DNA from: a virus
Taxonomy: Duplodnaviria; Caudoviricetes
Length of the DNA: 48,713 nt
IMG/VR virus record: IMGVR_UViG_3300016471_000749
Span: 1 to 48,713 of that record
Reading direction: 5' to 3' (one strand)
The first letter of the stretch is position 1. Each line of letters starts with the position of its first letter. The position numbers were made by a program, and so were the translations under genes. The notes beneath the pieces were generated by a model that was given only the letters and a program-made list of their open reading frames with translations, did no database searches and had not been told where the DNA came from. Below are positions 7,277 through 15,993 of the stretch, one piece after another.

Positions 7277-8061
7277 TGAAAAAAATAGTTTTAGTAACCG
7301 GAGGTTTCGATCCAATTCATTCTGGACATATTAGATACTTTCAAAGAGCGAAAGAACTTGGAGATATTTTGTATGTTGGACTCAATTCCGACGAATGGTT
7401 GACTAGGAAAAAAGGTCGTCCATTTTTACCTATGCGCGAAAGATTGTCTATAGTTCAAAATCTTCGCATGGTGGACTTTACGATAGAATTTAATGATGAT
7501 GATAATTCTGCGAAAAATGCTATCAAGATGGTCCGCGAAATGCATCCTAATGATGAGATCATTTTTGCGAATGGCGGTGATCGAAATGCCAAGAATATCC
7601 CAGAGATGGATTTGAAAGATGATATTAGATATGAAAATTTAACCTTCGCATTTGGTGTAGGCGGTGAGGATAAATCTAATTCTTCATCCTGGATTCTAGA
7701 AGAATGGAAATTGCCTAAAACTGTTCGTCCTTGGGGCTATTATCGAGTGTTGCACGAACCTCACACTAAGTGTAAACTTAAAGAATTGACAGTTCTACCC
7801 GGACTTTCTTTGAGTATGCAAAAGCATAAGCATCGAAGCGAATTGTGGTTTGTTTCGGAAGGTAAGGCATCAGTATATACTATAAATCCAAAGAATACAG
7901 ATTTAGAAAAAATTGGCGATTACATTCAGAATCAAACTTTATTCATTCAAGAGGGAGAATGGCATCAACTTAGGAATGAAACATCTAAAGATTTAAAAAT
8001 TATCGAAATCCAGTATGGAGATGCTTGTTATGAAGAAGATATTGAAAGGAGACCTGTATGA
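7276..8061 (+). CDS. cytidylyltransferase-like (RfaE-II/TagD) domain fused to a mannose-6-phosphate isomerase-type cupin
   Basis: TGGFDPIHSGH (HxGH), GLNSDEWLTRKKG, ANGGDR; C-terminal RPWGYY, LSMQKHKHRSELW, IIEIQYG...E.DIER. Confidence 0.85.
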   Translation: MKKIVLVTGGFDPIHSGHIRYFQRAKELGDILYVGLNSDEWLTRKKGRPFLPMRERLSIVQNLRMVDFTIEFNDDDNSAKNAIKMVREMHPNDEIIFANGGDRNAKNIPEMDLKDDIRYENLTFAFGVGGEDKSNSSSWILEEWKLPKTVRPWGYYRVLHEPHTKCKLKELTVLPGLSLSMQKHKHRSELWFVSEGKASVYTINPKNTDLEKIGDYIQNQTLFIQEGEWHQLRNETSKDLKIIEIQYGDACYEEDIERRPV

Positions 8062-8333
8062 CAATTCCAAGTAGCCCCGAGGATCGTAAAGCAATTTTCG
8101 ATGCTTTGCGTGAATTTTCAAACTCTATGACTCGTATTGAGGCAGAAAGAGATTTAATTAAAGAAATTATTAATAATACTTGTGAAAATTTTGAATTAAA
8201 CAAAAAAACCTTCCGCAAAATGGCTAAAGTTTATCATAAGCAAAATTTTAACAAGGAAAAAGAAGAACACGAAGAATTTGAAACCATGTACGAAGTTATC
8301 ACCAATACCACAACGATGAGAGATGCAGCATGA
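8058..8333 (+). CDS. dsbA: T4 DsbA-like dsDNA-binding protein
   Basis: E.SNSMTRIEAERDLIKE...FRKMAKVYHKQNF..E..E...FE..Y pattern. This is the phage dsbA, not the thiol oxidoreductase. Confidence 0.8.
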   Translation: MTIPSSPEDRKAIFDALREFSNSMTRIEAERDLIKEIINNTCENFELNKKTFRKMAKVYHKQNFNKEKEEHEEFETMYEVITNTTTMRDAA

Positions 8334-8689
8334 AATATTATTTCGTATATAAAGAAACCGATATCTATGGAGAAGAGACCGGCAAGGTCATTAATTTTCA
8401 ATTCAAAGCAGACACTTTGGATGAAATGGTAGAAAACTTCGAAGATTTCCTTAAAGGATGTGGATTTCATTTGGGAGATCAACGTATCGAATTCGTTGAT
8501 GATACTAATACTGAAGAATTTAATTTAAATCTCGAAGAACATAGCAACTACTACTATGATTATGATAGAAATATGCCGGTAGAAGGTGCAGCAGGTCAAC
8601 CCGCTATCAACATCGATCTTTCTGATTATGAAATCAAATTAGATCCTAATAATTTTAATTACGATACAATGGATACTCGTAATGTATAA
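8330..8689 (+). CDS. acidic hypothetical protein
   Basis: ATGA-coupled; F.ADTL..M.E.FEDFLKGCGF pattern common in phage hypotheticals. Confidence 0.75.
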   Translation: MKYYFVYKETDIYGEETGKVINFQFKADTLDEMVENFEDFLKGCGFHLGDQRIEFVDDTNTEEFNLNLEEHSNYYYDYDRNMPVEGAAGQPAINIDLSDYEIKLDPNNFNYDTMDTRNV

Positions 8690-8879
8690 TCAATTTATAC
8701 TTGAAGTGCATTACTTAGATAAACTTAACCGGGTTAGAAAGAAGGAATTGCTCGGAGTTTATAAAAATTTACAGGACATCGAAAAGGTAAAAGAAAATAA
8801 GCAGGAATCGATGAAATCTAATAAAAAATATGGAATTTTATTTAAAATTTATACGAATTATGATCCATTTTGTGCTTGA
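8682..8879 (+). CDS. hypothetical protein
   Basis: Overlapping-start ORF within the operon. Confidence 0.6.
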   Translation: MYNQFILEVHYLDKLNRVRKKELLGVYKNLQDIEKVKENKQESMKSNKKYGILFKIYTNYDPFCA

Positions 8880-8904
8880 CTTTCGTTACTTTTGAATTTA
8901 TAAT
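8876..8904 (+). promoter_or_regulatory. sigma70-type promoter for DNA ligase
   Basis: TTGACT, 17 bp, TATAAT, then AGGAG RBS. Confidence 0.8.
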
Positions 8905-8929
8905 ATTATTATAGATCATAGGAGACGAA

Positions 8930-10255
8930 ATGAGTATTTACGATATCATCCAGCAACTAGAATCCGATAATTCTCGCCTTGCCAAGGAAGCTATCCTTAC
9001 CCAGAACAAAGACAACAAACTTTTGAAAAATGTTTTCTTTTTAGCGCTGGATCCTTTCACCCAATTTTATATCAGGAAAATTCCTAAGTATCAAACTAAG
9101 TGCAAGATGTGGGATTTGGATGTCGCATTGAAGTCGTTGGACTCGTTATCGTCTAGAAAAGTTACAGGTAATGCTGCAATTGATTTTTTGAAAAATTTAT
9201 TGGAAGGTTGTGATCCAGATGACGCAAAGATACTCGAACGTATTATTGGGAAAGACCTTAAATGTGGAGTCTCAGACAAAACAGCAAACAAAATTTGGAA
9301 AGGACTCGTCCCGGAATACCCCTGTATGCTTGCTTCTGGATTCGACGAAAAGCTCGTGGAGAAAATCCGATGGCCGGCATATGTTCAACTTAAACTCGAT
9401 GGGATGCGATTCAACGCAATCGTCCGAGATGGGCAAGTTGAGTTTCGCTCAAGAAACGGAAAAGAACTAACTATCCCAGATCCAAATTTTAGCATACCTT
9501 TTATCAAACTCCGAGATCATTATGGAGTAGATATGGTATTTGATGGTGAATTATTAATTGTAGACGATGCAGGTAAAACTGTTAATAGGCAAACGGGCAA
9601 TGGCATCCTATCTAAATCTATCAAGGGTACTATGTCTAAAGCAGAAGCAACATATGTTCGAGCTACACTGTGGGATGCTATCTCATCAGAAGGATTTCAG
9701 CGGGGAATTGAGAAAGAACCATATAATGTTCGCCTAGCAAAACTCAGTAACGGAGTTTCCCATGTGAAAAATGTTCATGCTAATCTAGGACATGTTTTTG
9801 ATATCGTATGGACAAAAGAAGTACAAACGCTAAGTCAGGCCCAAGCATTATTTGAAAAGTTCTTAGCTAAGGGCGAAGAAGGTACTATCCTCAAATCTAA
9901 AACTGCATTCTGGGAGGGCAAGCGGTCAAAAGAGCAGATCAAGTTTAAGGGTGAATTAGATTGTGATTTGATTTGCGTAGATTGGGAAGAAGGTACTGGT
10001 AAAAATAAGGGTCGCTTAGGTGCATTGGTGCTGGAATCAGCATGCGGACAACTTCGCACTAATGTCGGAACAGGTTTTACCGATGAACATCGAGATATAT
10101 TTACTCGGCAAAATACAGTAGGAAAAATTGTCTCGGTGAAATATAATAGTAAAATTAAGGATAAAGGTGATAATGGGTGGGCATTATTTCTTCCAGTATT
10201 CTTAGAAGTGCGAGAAGACAAAATTAAAGCAGATAGATTAGACAAGATAAAATAA
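8930..10255 (+). CDS. gp30: ATP-dependent DNA ligase (T4 gp30-like)
   Basis: Motif I KLDGMR, FDGEL, GEEGTILK, KRSK..IKFK, OB-fold VGTGF, LFLPVF. Confidence 0.95.
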   Translation: MSIYDIIQQLESDNSRLAKEAILTQNKDNKLLKNVFFLALDPFTQFYIRKIPKYQTKCKMWDLDVALKSLDSLSSRKVTGNAAIDFLKNLLEGCDPDDAKILERIIGKDLKCGVSDKTANKIWKGLVPEYPCMLASGFDEKLVEKIRWPAYVQLKLDGMRFNAIVRDGQVEFRSRNGKELTIPDPNFSIPFIKLRDHYGVDMVFDGELLIVDDAGKTVNRQTGNGILSKSIKGTMSKAEATYVRATLWDAISSEGFQRGIEKEPYNVRLAKLSNGVSHVKNVHANLGHVFDIVWTKEVQTLSQAQALFEKFLAKGEEGTILKSKTAFWEGKRSKEQIKFKGELDCDLICVDWEEGTGKNKGRLGALVLESACGQLRTNVGTGFTDEHRDIFTRQNTVGKIVSVKYNSKIKDKGDNGWALFLPVFLEVREDKIKADRLDKIK

Positions 10256-10263
10256 ATATATGT

Positions 10264-10530
10264 ATGACAGCAACGATTTATAAATTTCCATATCGTTTTA
10301 ATTTTAAAGGATATAGAATACCTCTTTACACTGATGAAGAGGTTTATCTTACTATTCTCGCAATGAATGCCTTTGGTGGGCAAGATATACTAGTTACAGA
10401 AGATAATTTAGAATCTTTTGATCCTGTGATCGTTATCAAAGCTTTGGCAGAAGCTAAAATTTCTCACATTTTCTCATCTAAAATAAGACAAATTTATTCT
10501 CATATATTAAAATCCATAGAAACACTGTGA
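10264..10530 (+). CDS. hypothetical protein
   Basis: 88 aa ORF preceded by AATAAATA (late-promoter-like). Confidence 0.65.
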   Translation: MTATIYKFPYRFNFKGYRIPLYTDEEVYLTILAMNAFGGQDILVTEDNLESFDPVIVIKALAEAKISHIFSSKIRQIYSHILKSIETL

Positions 10531-11063
10531 ATATTTTTTACTTACATAATGATCCTGCAGAATGTGCTAAATTGCACAACGATAAACATGTTGTGAAGAT
10601 GATACTTGAATATGGACAACTAATGTCGACTGCTCATCGAGTTTTAGATGGCGATCTTTACTATGGCAAAACCACAAATGGAAGAAACATTAGACGGTGG
10701 AGATTAAATGATGAACGAGAATCTGTCTTATGGAAAGCTAGCCATATACAACACCCTTCGGGTATTTGGGTGAGAAGTTCAGCTTGGAATTATCTATGGC
10801 TGAAAGATCTTTGGTTAGAACTTATGAAAGAATATACATACCGATACGGGAAAGTACACTCTGCAGAAAGAATGAAAAAATTCTTCGTACAGCTTCCGAA
10901 TAACATTCCCAGGCATTCTCCTTTTACCGAACCTACTCCTGCAATGCCGGAACAATACAAAGTTTCAGACAATTCTTTACAGTCATATATAAATTATTAT
11001 GTAGGAGCGAAAAGACATCTCGCTTCTTGGAAAAATCGTAATGTACCATCTTGGTATGTTTAA
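10527..11063 (+). CDS. pyrimidine-dimer DNA glycosylase / endonuclease V family protein
   Basis: MNIFYL...A..H.DKHVVKMILEYGQLMSTAH, H..HPS..W, EYTYRYGKVH, AMP. Confidence 0.8.
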   Translation: MNIFYLHNDPAECAKLHNDKHVVKMILEYGQLMSTAHRVLDGDLYYGKTTNGRNIRRWRLNDERESVLWKASHIQHPSGIWVRSSAWNYLWLKDLWLELMKEYTYRYGKVHSAERMKKFFVQLPNNIPRHSPFTEPTPAMPEQYKVSDNSLQSYINYYVGAKRHLASWKNRNVPSWYV

Positions 11064-11080
11064 TTGTTGAAAGGAAAATA

Positions 11081-11464
11081 ATGGAATCGCATAAAATTCA
11101 ATTAGAAGAAGGCTTCACTGATGATAGAGGCCTAATTCTACCAATCGTACACGACTTTGCCAATGTTCAAATGATCTATTCATACAAAGGTGCTATCCGT
11201 GCAAATCATTATCACAAAACAGATTCTCACTATTGTTATATGGTGACGGGAAAAGTTCGTTACCTATGGAGAAATCACGGTGAAGATACTATCCATGAAG
11301 AGTATTTCACAAAAGGACAAATATTCCTTACAGGTCCGAATATTGATCACGAGATGATCTTCGAAGAGGATTCTGTTATGGTTGTGGTATCAGAACACAA
11401 ACGCGACGCTTCAACCTACGATGAAGATATTGTAAAGATTGAGCCACTTCATGAGAAATTTTAA
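11081..11464 (+). CDS. cupin (NDP-sugar epimerase/isomerase, RmlC/FdtA-like)
   Basis: F.DDRG, GAIRANHYHK...H, P...H cupin motifs; AAGGA RBS before ATG at 11081. Confidence 0.8.
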   Translation: MESHKIQLEEGFTDDRGLILPIVHDFANVQMIYSYKGAIRANHYHKTDSHYCYMVTGKVRYLWRNHGEDTIHEEYFTKGQIFLTGPNIDHEMIFEEDSVMVVVSEHKRDASTYDEDIVKIEPLHEKF

Positions 11465-12587
11465 TTACTTAAAATGCAGATGTTGCGATAACGAGAATTT
11501 AGTTAATTGGTTACGATTACCAGATTCTCCTGTTGCGAATGCTTTATTTGATAAGCCGGATTATACTAGATATCCCCTAGTATTAAACTACTGTGAACAG
11601 TGCGGGCATCTACAATTGGCAGCTGCCCCAGATCCCGATTCTGTATTTTCCAAATACAGATATAGATCCGGAGTATCTAAATCTTTTCAGAAACATTTTT
11701 CTGATTATGCTTTAGATGTCGTACAAAAAGAAGGTCCCGGCAAAGTATTAGAAATAGGCAGCAATGATGGATATCTTTTGCAGCAGTTTGCTAAACATAA
11801 CTGTGAAGTGGTAGGTGTTGAACCTTCAGACCTTCTTCGATCCGATCATGAGGAAAAAGGTGTCGAGGTTGTTACTGATTTCTTTACTTCATTTTTAGTT
11901 GATCAATATTCTTGGGAAAATAAATTCGACGTAGTATGTGCAAATAATGTACTAGCACATATCCCTGATACGTATGAAGTGATGCGAGCAATCAGTAAAG
12001 CTTTAAAACCCAACGGAATACTTGTTGCAGAATGCGGAGATCAAAAAGGAATCATTTCTGGCGAATACCTAGATAATGTTTATCATGAGCATATTGATTA
12101 TTATTCCCCTAATTCATTCGCAACACTAGCTAAACGGGCAGGCCTTGTTGTCGAGGAAGTTACTCAGATTAATACACATGGTGTTAGTTTTAGAATTATT
12201 GCTCGCAAGAAGGACGGCGAATCAGTAACTAGTTTAGATGCAATTGATCTGATCAAAACTAAAGAAGATGTTCTTTCAAGTATAGAAAAACGTAAACAAA
12301 GAATTTTATCAGAGTTAAAGGATAGAGAATTTGTTGCGTATGGTGCGGCTGCTAAAGCAGTAACATCTCTATACTCGTTAGGTATCATTGACGAGAAACT
12401 AATAGGCGTCGTAGATGATAACGATCTGAAACAAGGTATGTTTTTCCCGGGCACAAATATATTGATTGAAAATCCAGAAAATATTAATCCTAATTCAGTG
12501 GTATTGGTTGCTGCTTGGAATGTCTTCAATGATATCAAGGAAAAATTATTATCTAGAGGACATAGGGGAGAAATACTCTGCATGTAA
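11451..12587 (+). CDS. NDP-sugar C-methyltransferase (Zn-binding N-terminus, SAM-dependent)
   Basis: CRCC...C..CGHLQL Zn site, VLEIGSNDG, ANNVLAHIPD, YHEH, YGAAAK, KQG.F.PGT, AWN. Confidence 0.88.
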   Translation: MRNFNYLKCRCCDNENLVNWLRLPDSPVANALFDKPDYTRYPLVLNYCEQCGHLQLAAAPDPDSVFSKYRYRSGVSKSFQKHFSDYALDVVQKEGPGKVLEIGSNDGYLLQQFAKHNCEVVGVEPSDLLRSDHEEKGVEVVTDFFTSFLVDQYSWENKFDVVCANNVLAHIPDTYEVMRAISKALKPNGILVAECGDQKGIISGEYLDNVYHEHIDYYSPNSFATLAKRAGLVVEEVTQINTHGVSFRIIARKKDGESVTSLDAIDLIKTKEDVLSSIEKRKQRILSELKDREFVAYGAAAKAVTSLYSLGIIDEKLIGVVDDNDLKQGMFFPGTNILIENPENINPNSVVLVAAWNVFNDIKEKLLSRGHRGEILCM

Positions 12588-13312
12588 CTATTATAGGTAC
12601 AGGTAAATGGGCGCAGCTTATTGAAAGTAAATTGCGCTTATTATCTATACCTTGTAGTATGATTGGTAATAATAAAAATTTTGCAGATTTTACTAGAAAT
12701 GAAATAGTAAAATCTAAACACGGTGGGGCAGTAATTATAGCATCTTCCACCAAGGATCACTTACAAGATACTGCACTTGCTTTAGAATTAAATCCAAGAT
12801 ATATATTGGTAGAAAAAGGATATACTAGTGCAGAAGAAATACAGATAGTAAAATCCTGCGTTACTAACATACCGGTAATGTATTTAAGTCAGTATAGATT
12901 TTCTGGCATATTTAGTATGCTAAGAAGTTATAATATAGGAAAAATTTTAAAATGTAATTATAATTGGGAAATAGACAGGGGTGAAATTTCAGAATGGTTT
13001 TACCATATATTGTCTATAGATAATTTTTTAAAGGGTAAAATTAATTTTATGAATGTCGAAGATAATGGAACAGGAATATTAGATGATGTATCTAACTATA
13101 GTTTAACTAAAAATGAGAATAGAAATTTACTCATAGATTTAGAAACGAAAGAATATGTAGTTAAGATAAAATTAGGTAAAACTAATTCTTTAGAAATAAC
13201 TAAGAGAAACGATTTTACGAAAATGTTGGATTTTCAGAATGAAGATTGTTTATTCAAGCAACTTCAGGAAATTTTCCTTTTTGAAAATTTTGAATTATTA
13301 GAAAGGCTATAA
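12578..13312 (+). CDS. Gfo/Idh/MocA-like NAD(P)-dependent oxidoreductase (divergent), probable CTG start
   Basis: The Rossmann motif VTIIGTGKWA lies upstream of the called TTG (12632); IIASST..H and ILVEK motifs present; GGGGAG SD lies 7 nt before CTG at 12578. Confidence 0.65.
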   Translation: MHVTIIGTGKWAQLIESKLRLLSIPCSMIGNNKNFADFTRNEIVKSKHGGAVIIASSTKDHLQDTALALELNPRYILVEKGYTSAEEIQIVKSCVTNIPVMYLSQYRFSGIFSMLRSYNIGKILKCNYNWEIDRGEISEWFYHILSIDNFLKGKINFMNVEDNGTGILDDVSNYSLTKNENRNLLIDLETKEYVVKIKLGKTNSLEITKRNDFTKMLDFQNEDCLFKQLQEIFLFENFELLERL

Positions 13313-14311
13313 ATGAAACTTTTGATTTTGGGTTCAGATGGATTTATTGGTTATCACTTGACAGATTCTATTCTTCAAGATGATAGATTTGCAGATTGGG
13401 AAATTACAGGCGTAGATACAAATAGAACTAGGACAAATATGTTGCCAGAAAGTTCTAAATTTAAATTTTTACAATATAATATTGTCACCGATCGGCAGAT
13501 TGTAGATGAACTCATCAAAGCATCGGATATTATTATGCCTTTGGTTGCTATTGCTACTCCTAAGGTTTATGTAGAAAGACCAATGGACGTATTTGAATTA
13601 GATTTCGAAGAAAATCTAAGGATAATTAAACTGTGCCATAAATTAAATAAACGTATTATTTTCCCATCTACATCTGAGGTATATGGTAAAAGCATAGCAC
13701 CCTTCAATGAAGAAGAATCGGATTTAGTGTATGGCCCTATCAAGTATTCTAGATGGATATATGCTTGTTCAAAGCAATTGCTGGATCGTGTGATTTTTGC
13801 ATTGGATCAAAAATCTAAATTTAGATTTACATTGTTTAGACCTTTCAATTGGGTAGGTCCATATCTAGATTCTTTGGAATCTTCTTCTGAAGGTTCTTCT
13901 AGATTGATTACTCAACTTATCAATGATGCTATGATCAAAAAAGAAGTGACCCTAGTTGACGGTGGTCATCAGAAAAGATGCTTCACCGATGTTAGAGATG
14001 GTGTGGCCGCCCTAAAACTAATTCTTTTAAATGAGGAATCCTCGCAAGGTAAGATATTTAATGTCGGAAACCCTTGGAACGAATTCTCCGTGAGAGAAGT
14101 TGCTATGAAAGTAATTTCTGAATTAGAATCTGATAAGATGAAGGGGGAGAAGATAGAGATTAAGGTTAAACCTAGCAAAGAATTTTATGGTGCGGGATAT
14201 CAAGATGTTTCCAGTAGAGTTCCGAGTATCAACAATATCGGAAGTTCTTTAGGTTGGGCTCCAAAATATACCTTCGAAGAGTCTCTTAAAAACATACTTA
14301 GTAATATATAA
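13313..14311 (+). CDS. stand-alone ArnA-type UDP-glucuronate oxidase/decarboxylase (extended SDR)
   Basis: ILGSDGFIG.HL, PLVAIATP, VFELDFEENL, FPSTSEVYG, RWIYACSKQLLDRVI (YxxxK), RPFNW.GP, YG.GYQD...RVP. Confidence 0.88.
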   Translation: MKLLILGSDGFIGYHLTDSILQDDRFADWEITGVDTNRTRTNMLPESSKFKFLQYNIVTDRQIVDELIKASDIIMPLVAIATPKVYVERPMDVFELDFEENLRIIKLCHKLNKRIIFPSTSEVYGKSIAPFNEEESDLVYGPIKYSRWIYACSKQLLDRVIFALDQKSKFRFTLFRPFNWVGPYLDSLESSSEGSSRLITQLINDAMIKKEVTLVDGGHQKRCFTDVRDGVAALKLILLNEESSQGKIFNVGNPWNEFSVREVAMKVISELESDKMKGEKIEIKVKPSKEFYGAGYQDVSSRVPSINNIGSSLGWAPKYTFEESLKNILSNI

Positions 14312-14315
14312 TTGT

Positions 14316-14567
14316 ATGCCGACGTATACTTTCTTGAATACGAAAACCGAAGAAATCGAAGAATATCGCGTATCAATGCGCGAGTATGATGATTTCAAAG
14401 CTAATAATCCCCATCTTCAAAGACACCACGTTGCCGGGCACGGTGGCGTGGGCGATCCTGTTCGCCTCGGAATAACTACACCCGATGGCGGATTCAAAGA
14501 AGTTCTTTCCAAGATTGCTGAAAATAATTATAAGAGCAACTTGGCAGACAAACTGAGTAGGCGCTAA
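14316..14567 (+). CDS. FmdB-like small regulatory protein of T4-like phages
   Basis: MPTYTF.N..T.E...NPHL...GFKEVLSKI; usual position upstream of phoH. Confidence 0.7.
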   Translation: MPTYTFLNTKTEEIEEYRVSMREYDDFKANNPHLQRHHVAGHGGVGDPVRLGITTPDGGFKEVLSKIAENNYKSNLADKLSRR

Positions 14568-14596
14568 ATGAAAATAATTTCGTTTCTCGTTAAGGG

Positions 14597-14618
14597 GGGC
14601 AGTATGTAAATACCGCCC
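14597..14618 (+). promoter_or_regulatory. GNRA-capped hairpin in the phoH leader
   Basis: GGGCAGTAT-GTAA-ATACCGCCC (one mismatch); no clean U tract. Confidence 0.5.
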
Positions 14619-14644
14619 TGTTACTTACTAACTAAGAGGGCTTT

Positions 14645-15397
14645 ATGGCAAGAAATAAGAATAACTTACAAACCCAATCTGATCATCAACCACAACTTGT
14701 AGTAGCATCAAATAAGTTGAAAATACGATTAGATGATATGAAAACAATCGAGCCATTAACAGAAAATCAGAAAGGATTTTTTGAAGCATATAATAAATCA
14801 AAGGTTATGATGCTTTTGGGGGTAGCAGGTACAGGCAAAACTTTTATAGCTTTATATCATGCTTTAGAAGAAGTTTTAGACAAAAATAATCCTTTAAATA
14901 AGGTAGTTATAGTTAGATCAGCAGTACCTAGTCGAGATATAGGACATTTGCCGGGAGACGAAAAAGAAAAAACAGAAGTATATACTCAACCATATGTTTC
15001 AATATGCGCAGATCTTTTTAATCGATCTGATGCATATCAAAGATTGGTAGAACAGAAAGTAATAAATTTTATGGTGACATCTTTTATACGAGGCACAACT
15101 TTGGACGATAGTATTATCATCGTGGACGAGTGTCAAAATATGACGGATATGGAATTAAATTCTATAATCACCAGGGTCGGGCAAAGATCTAAGATTATAT
15201 TTTGTGGAGATTTTAGGCAGACAGATCTTTATAAGAAAACAGATATGTCTGGTCTTAAAAAATTCATGGTAATTGCAGATATGATGCCTTCATTTAAAAC
15301 ATTTGAATTTGGTATAGAAGATATTGTGAGATCTGATCTAGTTAAAGAATATCTCATTGCGAGACTTAAGTATGAAACTCAATACGAGACGAATTAA
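14645..15397 (+). CDS. phoH: PhoH family ATPase
   Basis: Walker A GVAGTGKT, IGHLPG, RGTTL, IIIVDECQN, GDFRQTDL, DIVRS. Confidence 0.95.
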   Translation: MARNKNNLQTQSDHQPQLVVASNKLKIRLDDMKTIEPLTENQKGFFEAYNKSKVMMLLGVAGTGKTFIALYHALEEVLDKNNPLNKVVIVRSAVPSRDIGHLPGDEKEKTEVYTQPYVSICADLFNRSDAYQRLVEQKVINFMVTSFIRGTTLDDSIIIVDECQNMTDMELNSIITRVGQRSKIIFCGDFRQTDLYKKTDMSGLKKFMVIADMMPSFKTFEFGIEDIVRSDLVKEYLIARLKYETQYETN

Positions 15398-15412
15398 CAA
15401 TAAGGAACAAAA

Positions 15413-15877
15413 ATGAAACTCACAGCAAATTTTTCATTAGCAGAGATGGTAAAGAGCGAAACAGCTTTACGTCAAGGATTAGATAATGATCCGGGTGAAG
15501 TTGAAATTGAAAATCTTCGCGCACTTTGCGAAAATGTATTACAGCCCGTGCGTGAAGCATATGGTCGAGGGGTAAAAGTTAATTCTGGATTCCGTCATCC
15601 AGATGTTAATGCTGCAGTTGGTGGTTCTAGAACTTCTGATCACTGTAAGGGTATGGCAGCAGATATAGAAATACCAGGTGTCGCCAATGCAGATTTAGCA
15701 GAGTGGATTAAAGATAATTTAGAATTTACTCAATTGATTCTTGAATTTTATACACCGGGTGTACCGGATAGTGGTTGGGTGCATGTTTCTTACGATCCCA
15801 ATAATCTTAAGAAACAAGTGCTAACTGCGCTTAAAGAAAATGGTAAAACTGTTTATAAGGCGGGCATCATAGCATAA
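15413..15877 (+). CDS. peptidase M15A (Zn D-Ala-D-Ala peptidase; putative endolysin)
   Basis: SGFR...N..VGG..TSDHCKGMAADI, WVHVSY; H/D/H ligands present. Confidence 0.9.
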   Translation: MKLTANFSLAEMVKSETALRQGLDNDPGEVEIENLRALCENVLQPVREAYGRGVKVNSGFRHPDVNAAVGGSRTSDHCKGMAADIEIPGVANADLAEWIKDNLEFTQLILEFYTPGVPDSGWVHVSYDPNNLKKQVLTALKENGKTVYKAGIIA

Positions 15878-15993
15878 TGAACCCGCAGGATGTGATTAGG
15901 TTACTTCGTCATATTTTACCTTGGATCCCTTCAGTAAATGAAGGGATCCGCAATGAAATTGAAGATATTATTAGAAAGTTACAAGGCAAATAG
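15877..15993 (+). CDS. small hypothetical protein (38 aa; not in the ORF track)
   Basis: MNPQDVIRLLRHILPWIPSVNEGIRNEIEDIIRKLQGK*; TAATG-coupled upstream and TAGTG-coupled downstream, filling the gap exactly. Confidence 0.6.
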   Translation: MNPQDVIRLLRHILPWIPSVNEGIRNEIEDIIRKLQGK

